Shown: one piece after another, positions 6,006 to 14,917 of the stretch | Layout of the letters: the number at the start of each line of letters is the position of its first letter | How positions within the stretch are numbered: the first letter of the stretch is position 1 | Assembly: GCF_000008465.1 (NCBI RefSeq) | Contig: NC_006512.1 | Coordinates: forward strand, 210,001 to 242,000 | Length of the DNA stretch: 32,000 nucleotides | From: Idiomarina loihiensis L2TR | GTDB taxonomy: Bacteria > Pseudomonadota > Gammaproteobacteria > Enterobacterales > Alteromonadaceae | Direction of reading: 5' to 3' | Notes under the pieces: model-generated | Seen by the model: only the letters and a program-made list of their open reading frames with translations | Database searches by the model: none | Told to the model about the DNA's origin: nothing | Position numbers and translations under genes: made by a program

Positions 6006-8669
6006 ATGCGCAGTCTCAAATTTGCGGCGCTGATAGCCGCCTCATGGTTGGTCATGCCGACTCAAGCACAACAACTCTCGGGCGAGAGTTCGTTACTTCC
6101 CGAAGCGAACTACAGTAATTCAGAAGTGACTGTTGAGCAGGTCCTGGGTTATCCGCTTGGCACTAAAATTACCAGCCCGGCCGACATGAGCCGTTATTTT
6201 GAAGCTCTGCAGCAGGCTTATCCCAAACAAGTAAAATTGCTTGAGTACGGCAAAAGCTGGGAAAGGCGTACGCTTTATTACGCGGTTATTTCCAGTGAAG
6301 ACAATATGGCTGACTTTGACGGTTTTATGAAGGGCATGCAGGCCTTAGCCGACCCGCGCAAAACCGACAGCGATAAGGCTGAGCAGTTAATTGACGAATT
6401 GCCCGGTAGTATCTGGCTGTCCTATGGCGTTCACGGCAATGAAATTTCGTCACCGGAAGCCGCTATGGTAACCGCCTATCATTTGCTGCATGACCAGCGT
6501 GAGCAGACCCAACGCTGGTTAGATAACACCATGGTATTCATTGATCCACTGCAAAACCCGGACGGGCGTGCCCGCTTTGTGGATCGTTATTACATGAGTG
6601 TTGGGCTTGAGCACTCAGGCGATCGCCGCAGTGCGGAGCACAACGAACCCTGGCCTAACGGACGCACGAACCACTACCTGTTTGATATGAACCGCGACTG
6701 GATAGCACTGACTCAGCCTGAAATTAGCGGGCAAATAGATGCTTTATTAAAATACTATCCGCTGGTGTTTGTTGATCTGCATGAGATGGGTGGCGATTCC
6801 ACTTATTACTTCACCCCAGAGGCTCGGCCTTATAATCCACTGATTACCGAGTCACAACGCGAAACGCTGAACTGGATTGGTAAAAATAACGGCCAGTGGT
6901 TCGACGAAAAGGGCTTTGATTATTTTACCCGCGAAATTTTCGATGCGTTTTACCCGGGCTACGGTGCCAGTTGGCCGCTGTATCAGGGCTCAGTTGCAAT
7001 GACCTACGAGATGGCTTCAGCGCGCGGGCATTTGTTTGACCGTACAGACGGTGACGTACTGACCTACGCCGATGGTGTTCAGCAGCATTTTATAGCGTCT
7101 ATCTCGACGATTCAGACAGTTTCTGAGCGTCGCGAAGCCTTATTGCAGAAGTTCTGGGAATACCGCAAGTCAGCGGTTGAAGCCGGCGAAGACGGTGATG
7201 TCCGTTCTATTATTCTGCCCGCCAAGGACGACCCGGCTGCCGCACGTAAACTGGCTTCTTTACTGGTTGAACAGGGTGCAGAAGTGAAGCAGGCGGAAAA
7301 GGCGTTTGATGTGTGCGGTACTGATTATGAAGCTGGTGCTTATATCATTGATATGGCACAACCTGCACACCGCATGATACGCACCTTAATGGATAAGCAA
7401 GTGGATATGGCGGATGACTTCCTGGCAGAGCAGGAGCAGCGCCGTAACAATAACCTGCCGGACCAAATTTACGACGTAACCGGTTGGTCACTGCCGTTGA
7501 TGTTCAATGTCGACAGCCACACCTGTGATGACTTACCTGACGTCGCCACAGCCTTTGTAGAAGAGGGGCGCATTGAGCCTGGCAAAGTGATTAACCCTGA
7601 CGCCAAAGTGACCTTTTTGGTTCGTTGGGGGGATATGAATGCAGGACGTTTCCTCACTGCTGCATTGCGCGAAGGTCTGGAGGTTCGCCAAAGCGAATTA
7701 GCCTTCACCCACGAAAGTGCCGGTGAATTCCCCAGTGGCTCATTGATTTTAACCCGCGCTGACAACTCTGATGACTTGCAGACTAAATTACAAAAGCTCG
7801 CTGAGGCGTCAGGCGCAACCGTTGAAGGTGTTGATACAAGCTGGATGACAGAAGGACCTAATTTTGGTTCGCACAACGTAAGCAAACTGGAAGCACCGAA
7901 CATTGCTATTGCCTGGGATGAGCCGGTTAGCCCTTACAGTGCAGGGCATACCCGCTTTGTGATTGAACGTCAGATGGGGTACCCGGTAACGGCTATTCGT
8001 ACCATGCAGTTACTGCAAAATGACCTTGATGGCCTGGATGTTCTGATATTACCGGAAGGTGCTTATTCTGGCGTATTTAACGACAAAAGCGTTGAAAAGA
8101 TTCAACGGTGGGTGTCGGATGGCGGTGTGTTGCTGACCTTAGGCAGCGCTTCTGCCTGGGCGGTTGAAACCGGTCTGCTTAATACCCAACTGGAACGCAA
8201 AGTGCCGGAAGAGGGCGTTACTGAGCCTGACGAAGAAATTAAAGTTGACGGTAAAGTGATTGAAAGCCGCGAGCAGCTCTTAACGGAGATAAAACCGCAC
8301 GGCGCTGACCCCGACTGGGTGCCCGGTGCGTTATTAAATGCCAAAGTGGATACAAAACACTGGTTAAGCGCCGGCGTTAAACCGCAGGTTGTGAGTATTT
8401 ATAACGGCAATGACGTATTTACCCCCATTGATATTGATCACGGTCGCAACATTGCGTGGTTTGCTGGCGCGGATAGCCTGTTAGCCAGTGGCTTTTTATG
8501 GGACGATATAGCGCAGCAATTACCTTATAAGCCACTGCTAATGTGGCAGCCAAGCGGTAAAGGCATGATTATCAGCTTTACTCAGGAACCCACGTACCGT
8601 GCCTATATGGACGGCTTAAATACCTTGCTGATGAACGCCTTGTTCCTGGCACCGGCAAAAGCACAATAG
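6006..8669 (+). CDS. Secreted M14-family zinc carboxypeptidase with a long C-terminal extension
   Basis: Zinc ligands 'HGNEISSPE' (HxxE) and 'VFVDLHEMGG'. Signal peptide 'MRSLKFAALIAASWLVMPTQAQQ' from ATG 6006 (AGGA 6 nt upstream). Alternative starts at 5982 and 6000. Confidence 0.7.
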   Translation: MRSLKFAALIAASWLVMPTQAQQLSGESSLLPEANYSNSEVTVEQVLGYPLGTKITSPADMSRYFEALQQAYPKQVKLLEYGKSWERRTLYYAVISSEDNMADFDGFMKGMQALADPRKTDSDKAEQLIDELPGSIWLSYGVHGNEISSPEAAMVTAYHLLHDQREQTQRWLDNTMVFIDPLQNPDGRARFVDRYYMSVGLEHSGDRRSAEHNEPWPNGRTNHYLFDMNRDWIALTQPEISGQIDALLKYYPLVFVDLHEMGGDSTYYFTPEARPYNPLITESQRETLNWIGKNNGQWFDEKGFDYFTREIFDAFYPGYGASWPLYQGSVAMTYEMASARGHLFDRTDGDVLTYADGVQQHFIASISTIQTVSERREALLQKFWEYRKSAVEAGEDGDVRSIILPAKDDPAAARKLASLLVEQGAEVKQAEKAFDVCGTDYEAGAYIIDMAQPAHRMIRTLMDKQVDMADDFLAEQEQRRNNNLPDQIYDVTGWSLPLMFNVDSHTCDDLPDVATAFVEEGRIEPGKVINPDAKVTFLVRWGDMNAGRFLTAALREGLEVRQSELAFTHESAGEFPSGSLILTRADNSDDLQTKLQKLAEASGATVEGVDTSWMTEGPNFGSHNVSKLEAPNIAIAWDEPVSPYSAGHTRFVIERQMGYPVTAIRTMQLLQNDLDGLDVLILPEGAYSGVFNDKSVEKIQRWVSDGGVLLTLGSASAWAVETGLLNTQLERKVPEEGVTEPDEEIKVDGKVIESREQLLTEIKPHGADPDWVPGALLNAKVDTKHWLSAGVKPQVVSIYNGNDVFTPIDIDHGRNIAWFAGADSLLASGFLWDDIAQQLPYKPLLMWQPSGKGMIISFTQEPTYRAYMDGLNTLLMNALFLAPAKAQ

Positions 8670-8678
8670 GAGTCTGAC

Positions 8679-9341
8679 ATGGCAGAATTTGGTGTCATAG
8701 GGTTGGGGCGTTTTGGTGCCCGAACTTCAAAAGAACTGCTCGATCTCGGACATCGTGTCATAGGCGTTGATTCAGACGAAAAAGCCGTTGAAGCAATGGC
8801 AGATGTGTTAACGCATTCTGCCATTGCCGATGTGACTGATGAAAAAGCATTGGAAGAACTCGACTTAACTAACTGCGAGGTAGTTCTGGTTGCTATTGGG
8901 GAAGATCTGCAAGCCAGTTTATTGTGTGTTCTACACCTTAAAACTATTGGTGTGAAAGAAATTTGGGCCAAAGCGACCTCTAAATCCCACCATCAAATTT
9001 TATCGAAACTGGGTGTAAAGCGTATTATTCACCCGGAAGAAGAAATGGGAATAAGGGTAGCGCAGTCGCTGAATTATCCTATGGTGAACGAGTATATGTC
9101 GTTGGGTCATAACTGGTTCTGTGTGGAAATTAGTATTGGTGAGTATTTAAAAGGAAAAACTCTCGACGACATTATGCCGGACGACAGTGAGTTTTTTCAT
9201 GTATTGTTAATAAAGCGTCGCGATGAGGTGACTGTGACTCCCTCTTTATCAATGACGCTTGAGGGTAACGAAACCTTGGTGATGGCCGGCAGTTTGAAAG
9301 CATTAAAATCTGTTGCTCCTAAACTAAAAGAACCTTCATGA
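8679..9341 (+). CDS. ktrA: K+ uptake system peripheral NAD-binding subunit KtrA (TrkA-N/TrkA-C)
   Basis: Rossmann motif 'GVIGLGRFGARTSKEL'. About 220 aa. ATGA overlap with the downstream TrkH/KtrB gene. Confidence 0.75.
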   Translation: MAEFGVIGLGRFGARTSKELLDLGHRVIGVDSDEKAVEAMADVLTHSAIADVTDEKALEELDLTNCEVVLVAIGEDLQASLLCVLHLKTIGVKEIWAKATSKSHHQILSKLGVKRIIHPEEEMGIRVAQSLNYPMVNEYMSLGHNWFCVEISIGEYLKGKTLDDIMPDDSEFFHVLLIKRRDEVTVTPSLSMTLEGNETLVMAGSLKALKSVAPKLKEPS

Positions 9342-10708
9342 AACAGTGGGCTCCTTCAATAGCCTGGTTGTATCGTCGTCCCGGGCGTAAAAGGCGTAGA
9401 GCTTTTAAAGCCAGCCCTCCGGTTATTCTTTCCGGTGGCTTTGCCTGTCTGATTTTATTAGGTACTTTGTTACTAAAGTTACCCTTCTCAACTGAGCAAC
9501 CAATAACCTGGCTGGAAAGCTTATTTACGGCGACCTCTGCCGTTACCGTGACTGGGCTGGTCGTTGTCGATACGGGGGCTACTTATACACCGTTTGGAAT
9601 GAGCGTTTTGGCTCTGTTAATTCAGGCGGGCGGGTTAGGCTTCATGACATTTGCGGTATTGGCTGCTATTTCGATAGGCGGCCATGTCGGGATTCAGCAT
9701 CAGGTACTGGCAAAAGAGGCTATGCAGCAAACCAGTCTTGCCAGCATTGGGCGTACGGCAAAAGCGGTGGTATCGTTGGCACTGATTGTTGAGGCTATAG
9801 CGGTGGTTGGTCTGACAATAACCTGGTGGCAGGAAAAAGGTTTCGTCGATGCCTTTGCTGAAAGTATATTTTACGCCATATCCGCTTTTAACAGCGCAGG
9901 CTTTGTGCTGTCGCCCAACGGAATTGTGGATTACGCCGACAGCATTCCGGTTAATCTTATTATCAGTATTTTATTTGTCATTGGCGGCTTGGGCTTTTCG
10001 GTTATTACCAACATATACGAAAAGCGCCGTTGGTATAAGTTCTCGGTTTATACCCGCGCTATTTTGTGGGCGACATTAATTATTAATGTTTTATCCGTTG
10101 CTATTATCTGGCTGCTGGAAATGAATAACCCGGCCACCTTTGCCAATTTAAGCTTTGGTGACCAGGCGATGGCAGCCTGGTTTCAGGCTACTACGCCTCG
10201 CTCCGCAGGTTTTAATACGGTTGATACCGGGGCAATGACAGAAGCCAGCGCAGTTTATACTATGTTGCTGATGCTAATTGGCGGCGGCTCAATGAGTACG
10301 GCCGGAGGCATCAAGCTGGGGACTTTTATTGTCTTACTGGTCGCCACTTATGCTTTTCTCCGCCGTCGAGAGTATGTCACTTTGTTGAACCGCACGGTAC
10401 CTCAGGAGCTGGTTATGAAAGCTCTTGCGGTCACTTTGGTTACCCTTACTTTGATGTTCCTCGGAATCTTTATCCTAATGATTTTGAATCCGCTGCCGTT
10501 TATAGATATAACCTTTGAAGTTTTGTCGGCTTCGGCGACGGTCGGGTTATCGCGGGGAATTACTGCAGAAGTGACCGGGGCAAGTCAGTTAGTTCTGGTG
10601 TTTTTAATGTTCGCGGGGCGGGTTGGGCCATTAACGTTGGCCTATTTTTTGGCGACACCAAGAAAACGGCATATACGCTTTCCGGAAACCGATATTCAAG
10701 TGGGATAA
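9338..10708 (+). CDS. ktrB: K+ transporter membrane subunit KtrB (TrkH family)
   Basis: 456-aa polytopic protein with repeated pore-loop-like 'T(A/P)xSAGF' / 'GGxS' segments ('TSAVTVTGL', 'FNSAGF', 'PRSAGFNTV', 'SATVGLSRG'). Confidence 0.75.
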   Translation: MKQWAPSIAWLYRRPGRKRRRAFKASPPVILSGGFACLILLGTLLLKLPFSTEQPITWLESLFTATSAVTVTGLVVVDTGATYTPFGMSVLALLIQAGGLGFMTFAVLAAISIGGHVGIQHQVLAKEAMQQTSLASIGRTAKAVVSLALIVEAIAVVGLTITWWQEKGFVDAFAESIFYAISAFNSAGFVLSPNGIVDYADSIPVNLIISILFVIGGLGFSVITNIYEKRRWYKFSVYTRAILWATLIINVLSVAIIWLLEMNNPATFANLSFGDQAMAAWFQATTPRSAGFNTVDTGAMTEASAVYTMLLMLIGGGSMSTAGGIKLGTFIVLLVATYAFLRRREYVTLLNRTVPQELVMKALAVTLVTLTLMFLGIFILMILNPLPFIDITFEVLSASATVGLSRGITAEVTGASQLVLVFLMFAGRVGPLTLAYFLATPRKRHIRFPETDIQVG

Positions 10709-10761
10709 TCTGCTGACAAACGAATGAGCCTATAAGAACAATAACAAGAGAAACTCTCAAG

Positions 10762-12654
10762 ATGCTGAAGAAATTAAAGTTCACGCAAAAGGTTATTATT
10801 GTTGCGTCGTTGATACTGGTGCTTGTGCTGGGTGTCTTCACGCTGACCAACTTTTTGCAGATGTCGAATCAAACCCGCAGTAATTTACAGCATCAAATGC
10901 AGGCGTTGTCTGACTCAGTATCAAACAATATTTCGCAGTGGTTTGATGATCGCATGAGCATTGTTCAGGCAACCGCCGATGCTTACCGTGTTGATGATTC
11001 CACAGACCGTGCTTTAGAGCGGGTTCAACAGTCCAAAGCCGCCGGTAAGTTCAAAAATGTGTATTACGGTTTGCTCGACGGTACTTTTCTGCTCGATGAT
11101 CCCAGCATCGACCTGCCGGACGATTACGATGCCCGCAGCCGTCCCTGGTACCAGCTGGCGGTTGATGAGGGGCAGCCAACCTATACTGCGCCTTATATTG
11201 ACGTTACCACCAATGAGTTGACCATTACTGCGGTGGTACCCATGCGTCGCGATGGCCGGCTGGTGGGAGTTGCCGGTGGCGATATGATGCTGGATGAGAT
11301 TTCTAACATTGTTAACGACATCGATTTTATGGGTCTGGGTTATGCCTTCTTAGTTAGCGGTGATCGAAATATTCTGGCACACCCCAACAAAGACTGGATT
11401 GAAAAATCTGTGAACGATTACGCTGGTCAGTCAGTTGCTTTTAGCTCTGAATTTTCCGAATACCGTATTGATGGAGCAGACCGCCTCGTGTCATTCCATA
11501 AAATAAAGGGTATTCAGGGAGTTGAATGGTATTTGGGAGTCGTCATTGACCGTGAGAAGGCGTATAGCAACGTTTCATCCTTTGCCTGGACAGCCATAAT
11601 CTATCTGGTAATCGGTATTGTCGCGGTTGTCGTTTCTTTGACCTGGTTACTGCGCTTATTACTCAAGCCTTTGCGTCGCTTAAATGAGGCGGTAACCGAT
11701 ATGGCCCGCGGCGAGGGCGATTTAACGCAGCGGCTGCCGGTTGAATCCGACGATGAATTTGGCCTTGTTTCACGCCGTATGAACGAGTTTATTGAGAAAA
11801 TCCAGCAAGCCTTGCTGGAAGTGAATGCGGCCGCACAACAAGTGGAAGGCAACATTCGCAGCATGGTTAAAGCGAGTGACGATTCAATGGACATCGGCAG
11901 CGAACAGGCCGGAAAAGCCAGTTCTGTTGCAACGGCGGTGAATGAACTGGGCGCGAGTGCTCATGAAATTGCCGAGAATGCCGCAAAAGCCTCCGAACAG
12001 GCAAGCTCAGGTACCGAAAAAGCGTCATCTGCCAGAGACTCTTTGCAACATAATCGCCAGCAGATTCAGCACTTGTCGGAACGTATGGATGCCTCCAGCC
12101 AGGCAATTCATACCCTGGATGAAGACACCCAGAACATTGGCAAGATCATTGAAGTTATTAAAGGCATAACTGAGCAAACCAACTTGCTGGCTCTGAATGC
12201 GGCTATAGAAGCTGCACGCGCAGGGGAAGCTGGTCGTGGTTTTGCGGTAGTTGCGGATGAAGTGCGTAGCCTGGCTCAGCGGACTTCGTCGTCGGCAGGC
12301 GAAATTGAGACAATGATAGAGCGGGTCAGAGCCGGAACACGCAGTGTTGTTCAGGTTATTCAGGAAAGTCAGGAAATAAGCAGTGCCTGTGTGTTAAGCG
12401 CGGAAGAGTCAGCTGAGCACATGTCTGAAATTAACGCCATTATTGTTACCATCGACGATGTGAATCATTCAGTGGCGTCGGCAACCGAACAACAGACTTC
12501 AGTGATCCAAACGCTCGATCGTGACATTATGGATATAAGCAGTATGAACGATCAGAGCGTAGACAATCTAAATAATACTAAGCGAGCTTGCCGTGAGCTG
12601 AATACGGCATTTGAACGCTTGGAACAATTGGTAACACAGTTTAAACTGAATTGA
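10762..12654 (+). CDS. Methyl-accepting chemotaxis protein (periplasmic dCache-like sensor, HAMP, MA domain)
   Basis: Highly conserved signalling hairpin '[34 protein letters not shown]'. Two TM segments flank a periplasmic region of about 260 aa containing 'RPWY'. Confidence 0.85.
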   Translation: MLKKLKFTQKVIIVASLILVLVLGVFTLTNFLQMSNQTRSNLQHQMQALSDSVSNNISQWFDDRMSIVQATADAYRVDDSTDRALERVQQSKAAGKFKNVYYGLLDGTFLLDDPSIDLPDDYDARSRPWYQLAVDEGQPTYTAPYIDVTTNELTITAVVPMRRDGRLVGVAGGDMMLDEISNIVNDIDFMGLGYAFLVSGDRNILAHPNKDWIEKSVNDYAGQSVAFSSEFSEYRIDGADRLVSFHKIKGIQGVEWYLGVVIDREKAYSNVSSFAWTAIIYLVIGIVAVVVSLTWLLRLLLKPLRRLNEAVTDMARGEGDLTQRLPVESDDEFGLVSRRMNEFIEKIQQALLEVNAAAQQVEGNIRSMVKASDDSMDIGSEQAGKASSVATAVNELGASAHEIAENAAKASEQASSGTEKASSARDSLQHNRQQIQHLSERMDASSQAIHTLDEDTQNIGKIIEVIKGITEQTNLLALNAAIEAARAGEAGRGFAVVADEVRSLAQRTSSSAGEIETMIERVRAGTRSVVQVIQESQEISSACVLSAEESAEHMSEINAIIVTIDDVNHSVASATEQQTSVIQTLDRDIMDISSMNDQSVDNLNNTKRACRELNTAFERLEQLVTQFKLN

Positions 12655-12680
12655 TCGAAATCAACTATTGGAGCAAACCT

Positions 12681-13109
12681 ATGAACAAAGCATGGATGAT
12701 TGGCGCCATAGCACTACTTGGTGGACCTGTTCTGGCAACAACAGCTCAGGCAGTAGAACGTACAGAATCATCAGAGCAAGCCCAGGCTTATATTATTTCT
12801 CCGCAAAACGGGGAAGTGGTTGGTAAAACCTTTAAAGTGAAGTTTGGCTTAAGCGGTATGGGCGTAGCGCCGGCCGGTGTCGATGTGAAGAATACCGGAC
12901 ATCACCATTTGCTGGTTGATAAAGACGAACTACCAGCCATGGACAAGCCTATGGGCGGTGATGTGACTCATTTTGGTGGTGGCCAGACGGAAACTACCGT
13001 GACTTTAGAGCCGGGTGAACATACGCTACAAATTATCTTAGGCGATAAGAACCACGTACCGCATAACCCGGCCGTGGTTTCAGAAAAAATCACTATTACA
13101 GTGAAATAA
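12681..13109 (+). CDS. Periplasmic DUF4399-like protein
   Basis: Signal peptide 'MNKAWMIGAIALLGGPVLATTAQA' and the 'GHHHLLVD' motif typical of DUF4399 (from memory). SD TGGAG lies 7 nt before ATG 12681; the TTG at 12651 is unlikely. Confidence 0.55.
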   Translation: MNKAWMIGAIALLGGPVLATTAQAVERTESSEQAQAYIISPQNGEVVGKTFKVKFGLSGMGVAPAGVDVKNTGHHHLLVDKDELPAMDKPMGGDVTHFGGGQTETTVTLEPGEHTLQIILGDKNHVPHNPAVVSEKITITVK

Positions 13110-13111
13110 GA

Positions 13112-14182
13112 CTAATCCAGCTCGAGTTCGAGTTGTAATTGCTCGTTGGGGTCAGGCAATGTTGCACTGATCCCCAACAGCCTTACCCCTTTCCCTTTTC
13201 CACGCTGCCAGGCTTCATCTAATAACTGATAAAACAGGCTGGGTGAAATAAACTGAGCACTACGTGAGACCGTTGTTTGTGTGAAGTCCGAGAATTTCAG
13301 CTTTAGTGTCTGGCTACGAATGGGCTGCTCGCGCCAGTGAGTAATTTTCATTCGTTGACGCAGTTTCGGTAATAAATTGTCCTGAACATAAGCCTGAGCT
13401 GTCGATTCCAGTCGCATATCCGTTGCCAGGGTTTGTTCAACCCCGACACTTTTGCGAATGCGCTCTGTAACAACTTCGCGGCGATCCCGCCCATGGCAGC
13501 GCTCAAATAGTACATACCCGGCTTTATCACCAAGAATGGCCTGTAATTGCTGCAGCTCTATATTCTGGATGTCTTTTCCTGTGGTGAGTCCATAGTTAGT
13601 GAGCACTTGCTGACTTTTAGGTCCAACACCGGGGATTTGTTTGAGGTTTAATGCCGCAATGTAGTCCATAACTTCCGCCGGACGAACCACAAACTGACCA
13701 TCGGGTTTGCGCTCTTCGCTGGCAATTTTGGCTACCATTTTCTGGTTTGAAATGCCGGCAGAGCCGGTTATCCCCAGCGTCTTAATTTGTTCTCGAACAA
13801 AGTCCATGGCCAAAGTTGCGCTGCCTTTAAAGCCTTCCAAATGAGTTAAGTCCAGATAAAACTCGTCAATAGAAGCAGGTTCAATGCGAGGCGTTAATTC
13901 ACGCAAAATATCCAGCACTTTGTCGGACAGTTCTCGGTAGTAGTTGCCGTCGGGTCTTATAAAGGTTAATTGCGGGCACAAACGGCGGGCATGACTACCC
14001 GGCATCGCGCTTTTAACGCCAAACTGACGAGCCAGATAATTTGCCGTTGCAACGACCCCTCGTTCACCACCGCCACCGACAGCAAAAGGGCGTGTTTTCA
14101 GGCTTGGATCGCGTAATTCTTCAGCCGAAGCAAAGAACGCATCCAAATCCAGCAAAGCTATTTTGCGAGCAATTTCAGCCAA
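13112..14182 (-). CDS. dinB: DNA polymerase IV (Y-family)
   Basis: 'LDLDAFFASAEE', 'SIDEFYLDLT' and 'KPDGQFVV' match E. coli DinB throughout. I prefer TTG 14182 (AAGGA 7 nt upstream; length about 356 aa as in E. coli). The ORF-track ATG 14251 would add 23 non-homologous residues. Confidence 0.8.
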   Translation of the reverse strand: MAEIARKIALLDLDAFFASAEELRDPSLKTRPFAVGGGGERGVVATANYLARQFGVKSAMPGSHARRLCPQLTFIRPDGNYYRELSDKVLDILRELTPRIEPASIDEFYLDLTHLEGFKGSATLAMDFVREQIKTLGITGSAGISNQKMVAKIASEERKPDGQFVVRPAEVMDYIAALNLKQIPGVGPKSQQVLTNYGLTTGKDIQNIELQQLQAILGDKAGYVLFERCHGRDRREVVTERIRKSVGVEQTLATDMRLESTAQAYVQDNLLPKLRQRMKITHWREQPIRSQTLKLKFSDFTQTTVSRSAQFISPSLFYQLLDEAWQRGKGKGVRLLGISATLPDPNEQLQLELELD

Positions 14183-14266
14183 GTGTTTATCCTTTGCACA
14201 TTTGTGGTTATAATCGCATCCACTAACTGGGCGTGCAAGAACACCAGCCATTTGTAGGAGAAACCA

Positions 14267-14692
14267 GTGAAAGCTATGAATTCATTTTTCGTTAAGAGCG
14301 TTTTAGGCACTATTTCAATGCTGTTTGCGCTGAGTATTAGTGCGGCATCAGTGCAGGATGATATGTCACGTGAAGCGATTGCAGAGCGTATTAAGCCTTT
14401 GGGAAAACATTATGTGGCTGGTGAAAGCAGTGCTGCTGAAGAAAGCAGTGGACCGCGTTCAGGCCAGCAAGTTTATGATAAGTACTGCACAGCCTGCCAT
14501 ACCAGTGGTGTTATGGGAGCTCCAAAAAGAAACAACGCTGCCGACTGGCAACCACGTTTAGACCAGGGCATGGAAACGGTATTGAAGCACGCAGTTGAAG
14601 GTTTTAATGCCATGCCGCCTAAAGGAACCTGTAGCGACTGCTCAGAAGAAGAAATTCAAGCTGCAATAAATTACATGACTGAAGAAATTTAG
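14267..14692 (+). CDS. Cytochrome c5-family monohaem c-type cytochrome
   Basis: Signal peptide, haem motif 'CTACH', and a c5-type disulfide 'GTCSDCS' with 'NAMPPKG'. AGGAG lies 5-6 nt before GTG 14267 (alternative ATG at 14276). Confidence 0.8.
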   Translation: MKAMNSFFVKSVLGTISMLFALSISAASVQDDMSREAIAERIKPLGKHYVAGESSAAEESSGPRSGQQVYDKYCTACHTSGVMGAPKRNNAADWQPRLDQGMETVLKHAVEGFNAMPPKGTCSDCSEEEIQAAINYMTEEI

Positions 14693-14718
14693 TTTTATTT
14701 GCATCTTCAGTAACAAAA

Positions 14719-14742
14719 GGCCACCACCCGGTGGTCTTTTTT
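14719..14742 (+). terminator. Rho-independent terminator after the cytochrome c5 gene
   Basis: GGCCACC-ACCC-GGTGGTC stem (one G-U pair) followed by TTTTTT. Confidence 0.8.
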
Positions 14743-14893
14743 GTGTCAATCGACGTTAATTCGCTCTCTTAACTTCCTTCGCTAATTAATTTTTAACCAG
14801 ATCTTTTCTATTTTTTGACACAGGTCTATACTGTACGACTGTTACTAAACGCAACAAGTGTTAACAAAATGTATTTCGCGGCAAGGAGTGTCA

Positions 14894-14917
14894 GTGTCTA
14901 AGGGTGAACCTGAATGA
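14894..14917 (+). other. 7-codon upstream ORF (GTG-S-K-G-E-P-E-TGA) whose stop overlaps the ATG of the GGDEF-EAL gene
   Basis: The only strong SD in the leader (AAGGAG, 14883-14888) sits 5 nt before GTG 14894. TGA 14915-14917 overlaps ATG 14914-14916 (ATGA). Confidence 0.35.

Noticed and set aside
14183-14300. Search for a LexA/SOS box (CTGT-N8-ACAG) upstream of dinB.
   Set aside because: No match was seen by eye on either strand. The nearest candidate, CTGG-N13-CCAG, does not fit. I reported the absence but made no site call.
14815-14832. TTGACA (14815-14820) and TATACT (14827-14832) hexamers upstream of the GGDEF-EAL gene as a sigma70 promoter.
   Set aside because: The two hexamers are only 6 nt apart, so they cannot be a -35/-10 pair. 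No correctly spaced partner was found for either.
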